Source: an uncultured Fibrobacteria bacterium
GTDB taxonomy: Bacteria; Fibrobacterota; Fibrobacteria; UBA11236
Length of the DNA: 64,000 nucleotides
Reading direction: 5' to 3'
Assembly: GCA_963716395.1 (NCBI GenBank)
Contig: OY970309.1
Location: 3,200,001 to 3,264,000 of the forward strand
Shown: positions 41,981 through 51,445 of the stretch, in pieces
Numbering within the stretch: the first letter of the stretch is position 1
How the letters are laid out: each line of letters starts with the position of its first letter
The notes under the pieces: model-generated
What the model was told of the DNA's origin: nothing
Databases searched by the model: none
What the model saw: the letters and a program-made list of their open reading frames with translations, nothing else
Position numbers and translations under genes: made by a program

Positions 41981-42789
41981 ATGAAAATCGCTTTACACAA
42001 TTTTTGGCATTAACAACCGCATTAATTGCTTCGGAAATATGCAGCGACAGTAAAAAAATTGATATTCTTTTCAGGAGATGTATGAGAATTGATTCTCAAG
42101 ATGGATACAAATATGACAGGCTATTACTTTTATTAGGCAAAAAACAGGTAAAATGATACGAAATGGGACTTTGGAACAAGCTTGGTATAAAAGCGGACAA
42201 TTAAAATGGGCCGAGTATATAATGGAGTTTGGCTGCCCAACTGATACGGATTTCAGATTTTATGAGAATGGAAATAATAGAGGAAATTACTCCGTATGTT
42301 TCTTGTAAAAGTAAAGGGACTTTCCCAAAGCTTCGATTCAACTGGCGGGTTGCTTTTCGAAGGCGAATTCAAAAACGGTGATCAAATTGGGTTGCAAAAG
42401 GAATTCTGGCGCAAAGGCGTATTGAAAGATGAATCGTTTTACAACGATTCCCAAACTCGGGTGGATTGGGAAAAATCGTGGTATATCAGCGGAAAATTAA
42501 GGCGAAGATATGAAAATTAGTGGTGAGATAAAAGAAATCAAGAAATTACGCCCCGAACGGAAAACTGGTTCAGCAGACCCGCGCCAAAGCGGCAGATGGG
42601 AATCTGATTGCAGGAGAAAGTTTCGATCCCGACGGAAAACCCACGGGCAAGGTGACGCAGGGCAACGGCTCGCTGACCACCATTGGTTTCAACGATTCGA
42701 CCCTGGTCATGTATTCGAAGTACAGCTATAACTACAAAGACGGGTGGCCGGGGAAGATGAAACAACTATTCCCGCTGCCGCCGAAATGA
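41978..42789 (+). pseudogene. MORN/YwqK-type immunity protein copy 3 (N-allele B, mid-allele X), frameshifted
   Basis: 5' resembles 40435 onward, middle nearly identical to 39290-39455, constant 3' block. Confidence 0.65.
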
Positions 42790-42834
42790 ACTACCTCGCA
42801 GTCCGCCTCATGCGGACGGGGCATTAGACCGGAA
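42787..42834. repeat. Hairpin element, copy 1
   Basis: TGAACTACCTCGCAGTCCGCCTCATGCGGACGGGGCATTAG with stem GTCCGC/GCGGAC; repeated at 45484. Confidence 0.75.
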
Positions 42835-42951
42835 TTTGGAGGTATTGTCGCCGAATCCGCATTTGAATTGTTTGACGGGTGGATATCGATGAAATATGCG
42901 GTGACTATTATTGAAAAGAAGGAGTTCGAACCTTGGGAATTTTCAAAGTAA
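42832..42951 (+). pseudogene. Startless ORF remnant, probable orphan C-terminal tip of a different toxin
   Basis: Reads EFGGIVAESAFELFDGWISMKYAVTIIEKKEFEPWEFSK*, ending 2 nt before the next ATG. Confidence 0.4.
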
Positions 42952-42953
42952 AT

Positions 42954-43820
42954 ATGAATCCAAATTATGGTTGGCAAATATTAATACTGGGAGCGATCCC
43001 ATTTGGAATTTTCGCTTCCGTGGCGTTCTTTTTTTTAGGCAATGCTTTTACGACTTGGCGAAAGACGGCGAATGGAATTCGATCTCTCGAAAACCCCTCC
43101 GAGACGGACAGTGCGATTGTCACCGCCGTTCAGGGTCGGTATCGCATTTATTATGCAAATGCGAAAACATATACGAAATCTTGGGCCTATCTGGAATTAA
43201 AAGGGGAATACACGTATGAATCAAAGAAGTATTATGAATATTTCCCAATCGCCTACCTGCGAAAATACTTGTCGGTTTCGGAAGGTTCCGATAAGGGGCA
43301 ATTTGAACATGTAAACGGTGTAGCTGTAATGAAAACTTTTGGGAAAATCTCCGACTGGAGAATTTTCCCATACTATAAGCTCGTTGTCTCCAATAAAGAG
43401 GGTTTGACGAACGACAACAATGTCAATGCATTTTTGCGAGACATTGACACTACTTCGGCTTTAAATATTCCGCAACCTATTTTGAAAATTTACTTCCTGA
43501 AAAAAGACCCAAATTTTACAGATGTTAGAACTAATGCGCTGCCCGTAAAGAAAACTTTAAGGAATATTTTCGTGCTGTTTCCAATCTGGTTAATATTGGC
43601 TTATCCTTTCGTGTTTTGTCTACCCTTCAACGGGTTTAGAAAAAATCTACTCGCGGCGGGTTTTTATTTTCTTCTAATTTACCTAACCTTGCCGATTCTG
43701 AATAAAACGGTTGATTTGGTTTTTAATCGAAGCCGATCATCTGTGAATGGTGCGATGGAATATCAATTTGAAAATGGAAATCTTCGTCCAATCATGAAAG
43801 TTTCGGATAATGTCCAATAA
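42954..43820 (+). CDS. Membrane protein (one N-terminal and two C-terminal TM), candidate immunity protein
   Basis: AT-rich 288-aa ORF with TM segments flanking a soluble domain. Confidence 0.65.
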   Translation: MNPNYGWQILILGAIPFGIFASVAFFFLGNAFTTWRKTANGIRSLENPSETDSAIVTAVQGRYRIYYANAKTYTKSWAYLELKGEYTYESKKYYEYFPIAYLRKYLSVSEGSDKGQFEHVNGVAVMKTFGKISDWRIFPYYKLVVSNKEGLTNDNNVNAFLRDIDTTSALNIPQPILKIYFLKKDPNFTDVRTNALPVKKTLRNIFVLFPIWLILAYPFVFCLPFNGFRKNLLAAGFYFLLIYLTLPILNKTVDLVFNRSRSSVNGAMEYQFENGNLRPIMKVSDNVQ

Positions 43821-44580
43821 AACCTTTTACGAAATCTGGGTCCAAGCCCCGGACATCGCATTTTCAGTATTCGTGAACGGGATTGGTTTGCATACGGATC
43901 GATTCCAAGGCTCTTCGGAATGGCGCCAAAGCGTCAATCAGTGGGTGGTGAAAGGTGAAAACAACTGTGCAATCAAGTTTTATGCCGGGCCGAACCAAGA
44001 AGCGCTTGGGCCCGATACCAGTTGTAAGGTAGAAGTCCGTGAGCTCGTGTCAGGCCAATCCGAAAAAAGACTAATAATATCCCGCGAGTGGAAATACGAA
44101 GAAGGGATGCAATGGCCGCAAAGCATTGAATTCACCTTTCCCCTCTTTCCCCCGTTTTCGGCGGATTGGGAATGGACACACGCCGATGTATTGCATGAAG
44201 AGAACTTCAAAGATCCGGGCTTGAAACCCATGGTGGGGAAATTGCACGAAGCCCTGGCGACCAAAGACTATCCGTCCTTAAAGTCTTTTTTGGCAACCAA
44301 AGCAGGTGAACTTGCTTTGGCTTATCAAATTCCATTGGAAAAACGACTCCAGGATCAGGAAGAATTTTTCTCCGACTTTTTCAAAGATCCGCACTGGGGA
44401 ATGCAGCCAATTGATTGGGATAAGGTGATCTATGATGTTCATGCGCAGGGCCGCGTTCTTGAAATCATGTCCGAAGCGGGAAAGCCGTTATTGGCGTCGA
44501 CGGAACTTTCCGGTGATTCAAATTTTCTCTTGAGCCTCTATCTATTCCGCTCACAAGGTGTTTGGAAGCTCGCACGATGA
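43810..44580 (+). CDS. Hypothetical soluble protein, candidate immunity protein
   Basis: 256-aa ORF overlapping the upstream stop; no recognised motif. Confidence 0.65.
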   Translation: MSNKTFYEIWVQAPDIAFSVFVNGIGLHTDRFQGSSEWRQSVNQWVVKGENNCAIKFYAGPNQEALGPDTSCKVEVRELVSGQSEKRLIISREWKYEEGMQWPQSIEFTFPLFPPFSADWEWTHADVLHEENFKDPGLKPMVGKLHEALATKDYPSLKSFLATKAGELALAYQIPLEKRLQDQEEFFSDFFKDPHWGMQPIDWDKVIYDVHAQGRVLEIMSEAGKPLLASTELSGDSNFLLSLYLFRSQGVWKLAR

Positions 44581-44695
44581 TTTGAAAAAAAGATCACTGG
44601 AAGCTGGAGCAAAACTGTTACTTAACTTCGGAACAAGCAAAAAATATCCTCTGGATTTAAAAGACTTATTCAATAATCATAATCTTTTAATATGA
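44576..44695 (+). pseudogene. Orphan toxin tip A (last ~39 codons)
   Basis: Reads DDLKKRSLEAGAKLLLNFGTSKKYPLDLKDLFNNHNLLI*, homologous to 38746-38875. Confidence 0.7.
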
Positions 44696-45486
44696 AACAT
44701 ATTATAGCGATATATTTTATTTGTATCTCAATGCTGAATGCATCGGAATCTTGCCGAGACAGTACAAAATCTGATAGCCTTTTTCGTGTCTGTAACAGCA
44801 TTAATCTTGATGATGGGTCCAAATCGTTGGACCATTTTTTTATTACCAAGAATGGGAAACGTATACGACATGGGACTTCAATGGATTGGTATAAAAATGG
44901 AAAAATTGGAGCAATAATAAAATACCGACTCGGTTGTACGATTGATACGGTTTTCGGCTTCTATTCTAATGGCAACAAAGAAGAAATTACACCGTATGCC
45001 GCCTGTCAAAGGCATGGCCTAAGTCAACGCTTCGATTCAACCGGCGGATTGCTTTTTGAGGGCGAATTCAAAGACGGGAAAAAAGTCGGCTTGCAAAAAG
45101 AATTCTGGCGTAAAGGCGTACCCAAACATGAAATGTTTTATGATAGCTCAACTTTTAAGGCTAACGAGGAAAAGTCCTGGTACATCAACGGCAAATTGAG
45201 CGAAGAAATAAGCATCGAAAACGGCATCGAAGAAACAAGAGATTACGCCCCAAACGGAAAACTGGTTCAGCACACCCACGCCAAAGCGGCAGATGGGAAT
45301 CTGATTACTGGCGAAAGTTTCGATCCCGACGGAAAACCCACGGGCAAGGTGACGCAGGGCAACGGCTCGCTGACCACCATTGGTTTCAACGATTCGACCC
45401 TGGTCATGTATTCGAAGTACAGCTATAACTACAAAGACGGGTGGCCGGGGAAGATGAAACAAATATTCCCGCCGCCGCCGAAATGA
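44692..45486 (+). CDS. MORN/YwqK-type immunity protein copy 4 (N-allele A, mid-allele Y) with signal peptide
   Basis: 'MKHIIAIYFICISMLNAS' signal; MORN-variant repeats; C-terminal half nearly identical to copy 2. Confidence 0.8.
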   Translation: MKHIIAIYFICISMLNASESCRDSTKSDSLFRVCNSINLDDGSKSLDHFFITKNGKRIRHGTSMDWYKNGKIGAIIKYRLGCTIDTVFGFYSNGNKEEITPYAACQRHGLSQRFDSTGGLLFEGEFKDGKKVGLQKEFWRKGVPKHEMFYDSSTFKANEEKSWYINGKLSEEISIENGIEETRDYAPNGKLVQHTHAKAADGNLITGESFDPDGKPTGKVTQGNGSLTTIGFNDSTLVMYSKYSYNYKDGWPGKMKQIFPPPPK

Positions 45487-45530
45487 ACTACCTCGCAGTC
45501 CGTCTCATGCGGACGGGGCATTAGTCCGGA
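45484..45530. repeat. Hairpin element, copy 2 (right boundary of the island)
   Basis: TGAACTACCTCGCAGTCCGTCTCATGCGGACGGGGCATTAGTCCGGA; two mismatches to copy 1. Confidence 0.75.
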
Positions 45531-45584
45531 GGGTGAATGAACGACGCCGTCGGACGTCGGTTCGGCTCGGGCGATAAGACTCGA

Positions 45585-47447
45585 TTATTCGAATGACCTG
45601 AAGTCCTTGTCTCCCTCCCCTTTCCGATATTCCTTCCATCCCCCGAAAACCGTGATGTCTTGCCCCAATTCCGCCGCATGGGCCTCGCACAGAAAACCCA
45701 CCGCTTTTTCGCCGTCTTCCAATTCCACGGTGCCGAGGCAAAGCGGTTCTTTGACTTGCCGCAAAAATATTCCCAAGGCCGCATCGCTCAACTCCCAAAC
45801 CTCCACGGCGATGGCCGCCCCGCCGCTGTGGCGGCGCAACAATCCGGGAAAAAGTTTTTCCCCGCTTCGCAGCGCATACAAGCGGTAAACCGGCGCCGTA
45901 CGGCAAGCGCGCACCAAGGTGGCGCCCAATTCCAGCAATTGAGAATTCAAAGGTTGGCCGGACAAATGCAATCCGGCCACCACCACATGCGATCCGGTGG
46001 TTTGAGTTGGACGCGCCAGCGGCGCCGGAACCGGATGAAAAGACTTGCCCATGGGCAGACCTTGCGCCGCATGCAGGTGCGCGCCCAAAATCGCCAGCTT
46101 TTCGTCGTGAAAAGCCGGCGCCATCAAGGTGACCCCGAAAGCCAATCCCCTGGATGTGAATCCGGCCGGCAGGGCCAGGGCGCAGAGATCCAGCAGGTTC
46201 GCGAAATTGGTGTAACGTCCGAGTTGCGTATTGCAACCCAGCGGATCGGCTTCGACCTCGGCCAGGGTAAATTGCTTGGGAGCCGTGGGCAGCAGCAAAC
46301 AAGCCACCGATGCGAAGATCGACTCGGTCTTGCGCCGCAGGGTGCGCAACCGATAATAAGCGCGATATACCTCGCCCGCGCGGAACAAGCCCCCTTGGGC
46401 CAAGACCTGGCGCAACACCGGCAGCACATCTTTGGGATGGGCCGTAACGAATTCCCCGAAGGCAACCCGGCGTTCTTCAATCCACGGGCCTTGATACAGC
46501 ATTCGCGCCGCTTCGGCCAAGGGTTCGAAGTCTATCTCGCGCGCTGTGCCCCCGAGTTTTTCCAGCGCGCCTTTGGCATGGCCGAATAACTCTCCGTATT
46601 CGCCGTCGGGCCAGGCCGCTGGCGGCGGGATGCCGAAAGTGAAGGACCCGGGTAACTCCGAAGTTAAGTCCGGCGCAAGGGCAGTCGGGCCTGCGGGAGC
46701 GGCGCGGCTGAAGGGATCGTCGGCATCCCAGCCCTGCGCGACGCGCAGCACCGAGCGGGCATCGTCGGCATGCAACGCGAAGATCGACACGCAATCCAGG
46801 GATCGGCAGGCGGGAACCACGCCGCTGGTGCTGAGCAATCCGCGCGTGGGTTTGAGTCCCACGATATTGTTGAACGCCGCGGGCACGCGGCCCGATCCCG
46901 CGGTATCGGTGCCCAAGGCGAAAGACACCAGTCCCGCGGCCACGGCCACGGCCGAACCCGAACTGGAACCGCCGGGAATCCAGTCTTTGCCGAAAACGCA
47001 GGCGGGCACGCCGTAGGGTGAACGCGTGCCGACCAGGCCGGTGGCGAATTGATCCATATTGGTTTTGCCCAGGCAAACCGCTCCCGCGGCTTCGAGACGG
47101 CGCACCACCGGCGCCGAGACGGACGGATGGTAGGCAAAGGCCGGGCAACCCGCGGTGGTGGGTAAGTCCTCGACGTCGATATTGTCTTTGACCGCGAAAG
47201 GTATTCCGAACAGCGGGTAACGTTCGAGACCTCCGCCGGATTTCCAGGCGTTTTCCAATGCCAGCAAACGCAGACGCAAGTCTTCCTCGGAAACGCGTGT
47301 AATCCAAATGGCTGCGTCGGCATGGCGGTCGATGCGTGCGGCCAGGGCCGAAAATAAACGGCGCAAATCCAAGGCCCCTTCCGCGAGGCTTTGGTGCAAA
47401 GCGCCGATATCCAAACGTCCACTGTTTGGATCCCAGTCTTGAAGCAT
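45585..47447 (-). CDS. atzF: Allophanate hydrolase
   Basis: Amidase signature 'FAVKDNID', 'GGSSSGS', 'GTDTAGSGRVPA'; C-terminal 'GLHLSGQPLN' domain. Confidence 0.95.
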   Translation of the reverse strand: MLQDWDPNSGRLDIGALHQSLAEGALDLRRLFSALAARIDRHADAAIWITRVSEEDLRLRLLALENAWKSGGGLERYPLFGIPFAVKDNIDVEDLPTTAGCPAFAYHPSVSAPVVRRLEAAGAVCLGKTNMDQFATGLVGTRSPYGVPACVFGKDWIPGGSSSGSAVAVAAGLVSFALGTDTAGSGRVPAAFNNIVGLKPTRGLLSTSGVVPACRSLDCVSIFALHADDARSVLRVAQGWDADDPFSRAAPAGPTALAPDLTSELPGSFTFGIPPPAAWPDGEYGELFGHAKGALEKLGGTAREIDFEPLAEAARMLYQGPWIEERRVAFGEFVTAHPKDVLPVLRQVLAQGGLFRAGEVYRAYYRLRTLRRKTESIFASVACLLLPTAPKQFTLAEVEADPLGCNTQLGRYTNFANLLDLCALALPAGFTSRGLAFGVTLMAPAFHDEKLAILGAHLHAAQGLPMGKSFHPVPAPLARPTQTTGSHVVVAGLHLSGQPLNSQLLELGATLVRACRTAPVYRLYALRSGEKLFPGLLRRHSGGAAIAVEVWELSDAALGIFLRQVKEPLCLGTVELEDGEKAVGFLCEAHAAELGQDITVFGGWKEYRKGEGDKDFRSFE

Positions 47448-47630
47448 ATTGTCAAAATGAGCAATTAGTTCGCCACGGCAGTCTATTTACAAAGAAGCCG
47501 TTTCGCTACCGGAATGCTAAATCCTGTTTTCTTATTGAGACATTAGATGACACTTATTTTCCGATTACAGTTTTTTCGTCGGTCGCGGATAAATGTGAAC
47601 GGATTTGCATGCTTTAAATCGTCGGGAAAT

Positions 47631-47645
47631 TGGTACGGGTGTTGC
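47631..47645 (+). promoter_or_regulatory. Sigma54 (-24/-12) promoter of the guanidine/urea carboxylase operon
   Basis: TGGTACGGGTGTTGC against consensus TGGCACG-N4-TTGC (one mismatch), 35 bp before the ATG, with GAGGAG RBS. Confidence 0.75.
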
Positions 47646-47680
47646 GTGAATGAATCCTTTTCAAATAAGAGGAGCATGCC

Positions 47681-48679
47681 ATGCACCGCAAGTTGACTCG
47701 GTTCAAAACCACGTTCACCGTTTCTCTGGCGTTATTATGCGCCGGGGTTTGTTCTTCGCGGCTCGAAGCTGCGCCGCTTAAAATCGCCTACAGCGATTGG
47801 CCGGGATGGGTGGCGTGGGATATTGGCGTGCAAAAGGGTTGGTTCAAGGAAGCGGGCGTCGACGTGGATTTCATCTGGTTCGAATACTCGCCTTCGATGG
47901 ATGCCTTCTCGGCCGGCAAGGTCGATGCCGTGGCCGTGACCAACGGTGATGAGATGGTGATGGGATCCACCGGCGCCAAGAGCAAAGCGATTTTGATCAA
48001 TGATTACAGCGACGGCAACGATATGATCGTGGCCAAGCCCGGCATCAATTCGGTGGCCGAACTCAAGGGCAAAAAGATCGGCGTCGAGGTCGGTCTGGTG
48101 GATCACCTGTTGCTGTTGAACGCCTTGCAGTCCGTGAAACTGAAAGACACCGATGTCACCTTGGTGAACATGCCCACCGACCAAACCGCGCAGGCCTTGA
48201 GCAGCGGGCAGGTTGACGCCATCGCCGCGTGGCAGCCCAACAGTGGCCAGGCTTTGATCGCGCTGCCGGGGTCCAAGGCCATTTTCACCAGCGCCAATGC
48301 GCCGGGCCTGATCTACGATGTGCTGGCCGTCAGCCCCAAATCGCTGGCCGAACACCGCGCCGACTGGAAAAAAGTGGTGAAGGTTTGGTTTCGCATCGCG
48401 GCCTTTGTGAAAGATCCCAAGAACCTGGCCGAAGCCAGCAAAATCATGAGCGCGCGCGTCAGCCTCAAACCCGAACAATACGCGGCCTTGATGAAGGGCA
48501 CGCACTATCTGGATAAAAAGGGCGACGTCGAGCATTTCAAAAAAGGCCCGGGGCTTAGTTCGATTTACGGTTCGGGGGATATCGTGAACACCTTCAATGT
48601 CGACAACAAGGTGTACAAGGAATCGCAAGACGTGGCTTCTTATCTCGACCCTTCTTTGGTCATGGAGTTGGCGAAGTAA
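47681..48679 (+). CDS. ABC transporter substrate-binding protein (NMT1/SsuA-like; guanidine/urea)
   Basis: Signal peptide, 'YSDWPGW', 'NDYSDGND'; operon context. Confidence 0.88.
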   Translation: MHRKLTRFKTTFTVSLALLCAGVCSSRLEAAPLKIAYSDWPGWVAWDIGVQKGWFKEAGVDVDFIWFEYSPSMDAFSAGKVDAVAVTNGDEMVMGSTGAKSKAILINDYSDGNDMIVAKPGINSVAELKGKKIGVEVGLVDHLLLLNALQSVKLKDTDVTLVNMPTDQTAQALSSGQVDAIAAWQPNSGQALIALPGSKAIFTSANAPGLIYDVLAVSPKSLAEHRADWKKVVKVWFRIAAFVKDPKNLAEASKIMSARVSLKPEQYAALMKGTHYLDKKGDVEHFKKGPGLSSIYGSGDIVNTFNVDNKVYKESQDVASYLDPSLVMELAK

Positions 48680-48701
48680 TTCGCGTCAACCCGTTGCTCC
48701 C

Positions 48702-49817
48702 GTGTTTCACCCACCTCCGCGTCGGGAATCGGTGCGCCCGCAAGCCCGTACCGAGCGGGTGGCGGCGGATGAAACCGGTCCGATTGCGGCGCCGTGGTTT
48801 GCCTTGCGTCAGGATTTGCCCGGCCATCGCCGGGCGCTTCTCATGCTCCTGGCCTTTGTATTACCCCTCGGACTTTGGAGCGCGGTGAGTTATGTGCCAT
48901 TCATTTGGCATCCGCTGACACTGGTCCTCGATGCCGGCGACACCTCGGTACCGGGTGAATACAGTTATCTGGCCGACGGCATGCTGGTGGACCATCATGT
49001 CTTCAAAGCCCGCAACGCCGAATTGGTTGCCGCCGGCAAACCGCCGGCCCAAGGCGTTCCTCGCAATCCCATTTACCTGCCCGCACCGCTCAATGTGGTC
49101 AAAGCCTTTTACACCGCTTTTCGCACTCCGCCGGCGCGGGAGGGAGATTTTTGGTTGCATCAAAGTCTGTGGCATAGTTGCCAGGTGATTTTCTGGGGAT
49201 TTTTCTGGTCGGCCCTCTTCGGCGTGCCGCTGGGTATTTTATGTGGCAGCTTCGCCTTTTTCTCGCGGCTGTTCGAACCTTTCATCGATTTCATCCGCTA
49301 TATGCCCGCGCCGGTTTTCGGCGCCTTGGCCCTGGCGATTTGGGGCTTGGACGATGCCCCGAAAATCGCGGTGATCTTCATCGGAACGTTTTTCCAAATG
49401 GTGCTGGTGGTGGCGAACACCACCCGGCAGGTCGATGGCGCATTGATTGAAGCGGCCCAAACCTTGGGCTGCGGCCGCCGGCAAATGCTGCTGCACGTAG
49501 TGGTGCCGGGCGCTTTACCCGGCCTGTATCGCGATATGCGCATTCTCATCGGCTGGGCTTGGACTTATCTGGTGGTGGCCGAACTCATCGGCGCCAAATC
49601 CGGCATCAGCGCCTTTCTCTACCAGGCCCAGCGCTATAAGCAATTCGACAACGTGTATGCGGCCATGCTCATGATCGGCATCATCGGCCTCTCCATCGAT
49701 CAATTCCTGGCCTTGCTGGGACGGCATTTGTTCCCCTGGGAAAGCCGCAAGCCTTCGTTGAAAAGTCTGTTTCGGTTCCGGCGCCCCGTGCCCTCGCCCA
49801 CACCGGTCTCGGCATGA
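48702..49817 (+). CDS. ABC transporter permease (start approximate)
   Basis: EAA motif 'LIEAAQTLG', '[11 protein letters not shown]'. Confidence 0.88.
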   Translation: MFHPPPRRESVRPQARTERVAADETGPIAAPWFALRQDLPGHRRALLMLLAFVLPLGLWSAVSYVPFIWHPLTLVLDAGDTSVPGEYSYLADGMLVDHHVFKARNAELVAAGKPPAQGVPRNPIYLPAPLNVVKAFYTAFRTPPAREGDFWLHQSLWHSCQVIFWGFFWSALFGVPLGILCGSFAFFSRLFEPFIDFIRYMPAPVFGALALAIWGLDDAPKIAVIFIGTFFQMVLVVANTTRQVDGALIEAAQTLGCGRRQMLLHVVVPGALPGLYRDMRILIGWAWTYLVVAELIGAKSGISAFLYQAQRYKQFDNVYAAMLMIGIIGLSIDQFLALLGRHLFPWESRKPSLKSLFRFRRPVPSPTPVSA

Positions 49818-50707
49818 ATCCGGAATTCGACCGCGAGTATCGCAACCAATCTCCGGCCGTAGCCGAGCGCTTTCGCCTGCTCCAAGAGCGGCCGGTGGTG
49901 TTGCGTGTCGAAGGTCTGGGCAAGCGTTTCGGCGAAGGTAACTCGGCGGTAACGGCCCTGGACGGAGTTGGATTTACCGTGCATCGCCGTGAATTCCTGT
50001 GCGTGGTCGGCGCCTCAGGTTGCGGCAAGTCGACCTTGGTGCGCATTTTGGCCGGCTTGGATCGCCCCACCTCCGGTCAAGTTTTGCTCGACGACAAAGC
50101 CGTCACCGGACCCGGGGCGGATCGCGGCATGGTGTTCCAGGCCTATACCCTGTTCCCGTGGCTGACCGTGCGTCAGAACGTGATGTTCGGACCCCGCATG
50201 CGCGGGGCAGGAAGTTTGACCGCCGGCGAAGAGGCCGATCAATGGATTGCGTTGGTGGGGCTCGACGCCTTTGCCGGAGCCTACCCCTATCAGCTTTCGG
50301 GCGGCATGAAACAGCGCGTGGCCATTGCCCGCGCGCTGGCCAATTCGCCCCGTATTTTGCTGATGGATGAGCCCTTCGGCGCCCTCGACGCGCAGACGCG
50401 CGCCCAGATGCAGCGCCACCTCCTGCATATCTGGAAAAACGCCGACGTCACCATCGTCTTCATCACCCATGATTTGGATGAGGCGATTTATCTTGCCGAT
50501 AGAATCCTGGTGCTCAAGCCGCGACCGGGACGGGTGGCCGAATTGATCGAAGTTCCGGTGCCGCGGCCGCGCACCCCTGAGCAATTCCTGACGCCGGAAT
50601 TTCTGGCCGTGCGCCGGCATCTCGAAGAATGGATTCATCCGCGCGGCGAAAAAGAAGAAGAACTGCCCCGCCTGCGTTTGACGCCGGTGGGCGATGACGT
50701 GGAGTGA
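49814..50707 (+). CDS. ABC transporter ATP-binding protein
   Basis: Walker [14 protein letters not shown], 'LLMDEPF', 'ITHD'. Confidence 0.93.
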   Translation: MNPEFDREYRNQSPAVAERFRLLQERPVVLRVEGLGKRFGEGNSAVTALDGVGFTVHRREFLCVVGASGCGKSTLVRILAGLDRPTSGQVLLDDKAVTGPGADRGMVFQAYTLFPWLTVRQNVMFGPRMRGAGSLTAGEEADQWIALVGLDAFAGAYPYQLSGGMKQRVAIARALANSPRILLMDEPFGALDAQTRAQMQRHLLHIWKNADVTIVFITHDLDEAIYLADRILVLKPRPGRVAELIEVPVPRPRTPEQFLTPEFLAVRRHLEEWIHPRGEKEEELPRLRLTPVGDDVE

Positions 50708-50711
50708 TTGG

Positions 50712-51422
50712 ATGGAAGAACTTTTATACGAAGACATCTTGCGCGGCGGCGCCATGGGATCGTGGGTGTTGCACCGCGGCACGACCTTGCGGCTCACCGA
50801 CGTGGAAGGCGGCGCCAATGTTTCGGCGCTGTTCTTCAACGCCGACATGCCGCTGGAGCGCTACAACATGCCCGACACCCTGAAGGCCCAGTTCATCGCC
50901 TTTCTCACCGCGGGCCGCGTCTTGTACTCCGACATGGGTCGCATTCTTTGCTCGTTGACCGCCGACACCTGCGGCTGGCATGACACCTTGTGCGGGGTGA
51001 TCGATGCCAAGCGCACGGTGGAAAAATTCGGGCCGACTTCGTACCAATCGCAACGCAACGGTTTTCACCGCAACGGCCGCGACAACTTTCTCATCGAAAT
51101 GAGCAAACATGGCTTGGGCCGCCGCGACCTGCACGCCAACATGAATTTCTTCAGCAAGGTCGTGACCGACGACGAAGGCAACCTGCATTATGTCACCGGC
51201 CACTCCGCGGCCGGCGCCTACGTCGATGTGCGCGCCGAGATGAATGTGCTGGCGGTGCTTTCTAATACGCCCCATCCCCTATCCCCGGCCGGAGCCTGGT
51301 CGCCGCCGGAGGTTCGCCTCAGCGTGCGCCCGACCCCGTTGCCGGGTCCGGACGATTTATGCCGCAACCGCCGGCCCGAAAACGGGCGCGGTTTCGTCAA
51401 CACCGAAGCCTTGTTCAAGTAG
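50712..51422 (+). CDS. cgdA: Carboxyguanidine deiminase subunit A (urea carboxylase-associated, DUF1989)
   Basis: '[12 protein letters not shown]', 'SDMGR', 'WHDT', 'NFFSKV', 'PHPL'. Confidence 0.85.
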   Translation: MEELLYEDILRGGAMGSWVLHRGTTLRLTDVEGGANVSALFFNADMPLERYNMPDTLKAQFIAFLTAGRVLYSDMGRILCSLTADTCGWHDTLCGVIDAKRTVEKFGPTSYQSQRNGFHRNGRDNFLIEMSKHGLGRRDLHANMNFFSKVVTDDEGNLHYVTGHSAAGAYVDVRAEMNVLAVLSNTPHPLSPAGAWSPPEVRLSVRPTPLPGPDDLCRNRRPENGRGFVNTEALFK

Positions 51423-51445
51423 GACCTTGTTCTAGTAGGAGCATT

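Larger units (their letters stand above)
38148..42789 (+). repeat. Tandem ~1.53-1.56 kb repeat array (toxin C-terminus plus immunity gene), three units
   Basis: GGATGCCTGTTTTGGAGCGGGC begins at 38148, 39709 and 41237, with ~430-450 bp near-identical after each. Confidence 0.9.

Noticed and set aside
42787-42834. Integron attC site
   Set aside because: Ends (AATGAAC / ATTAGAC) do not match RYYYAAC / GTTRRRY, the element is short, and no integrase is present in the window.
38148-45530. CRISPR array or diversity-generating retroelement as the source of the repeats
   Set aside because: Units are ~1.5 kb and protein-coding, differences are block-wise rather than adenine-specific, and the window has no cas or reverse transcriptase gene.
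47448-47680. Guanidine-I (ykkC) riboswitch
   Set aside because: No CTAGGGTTCCG or ACAAAAGCCCGGGAG-like motifs seen on either strand.
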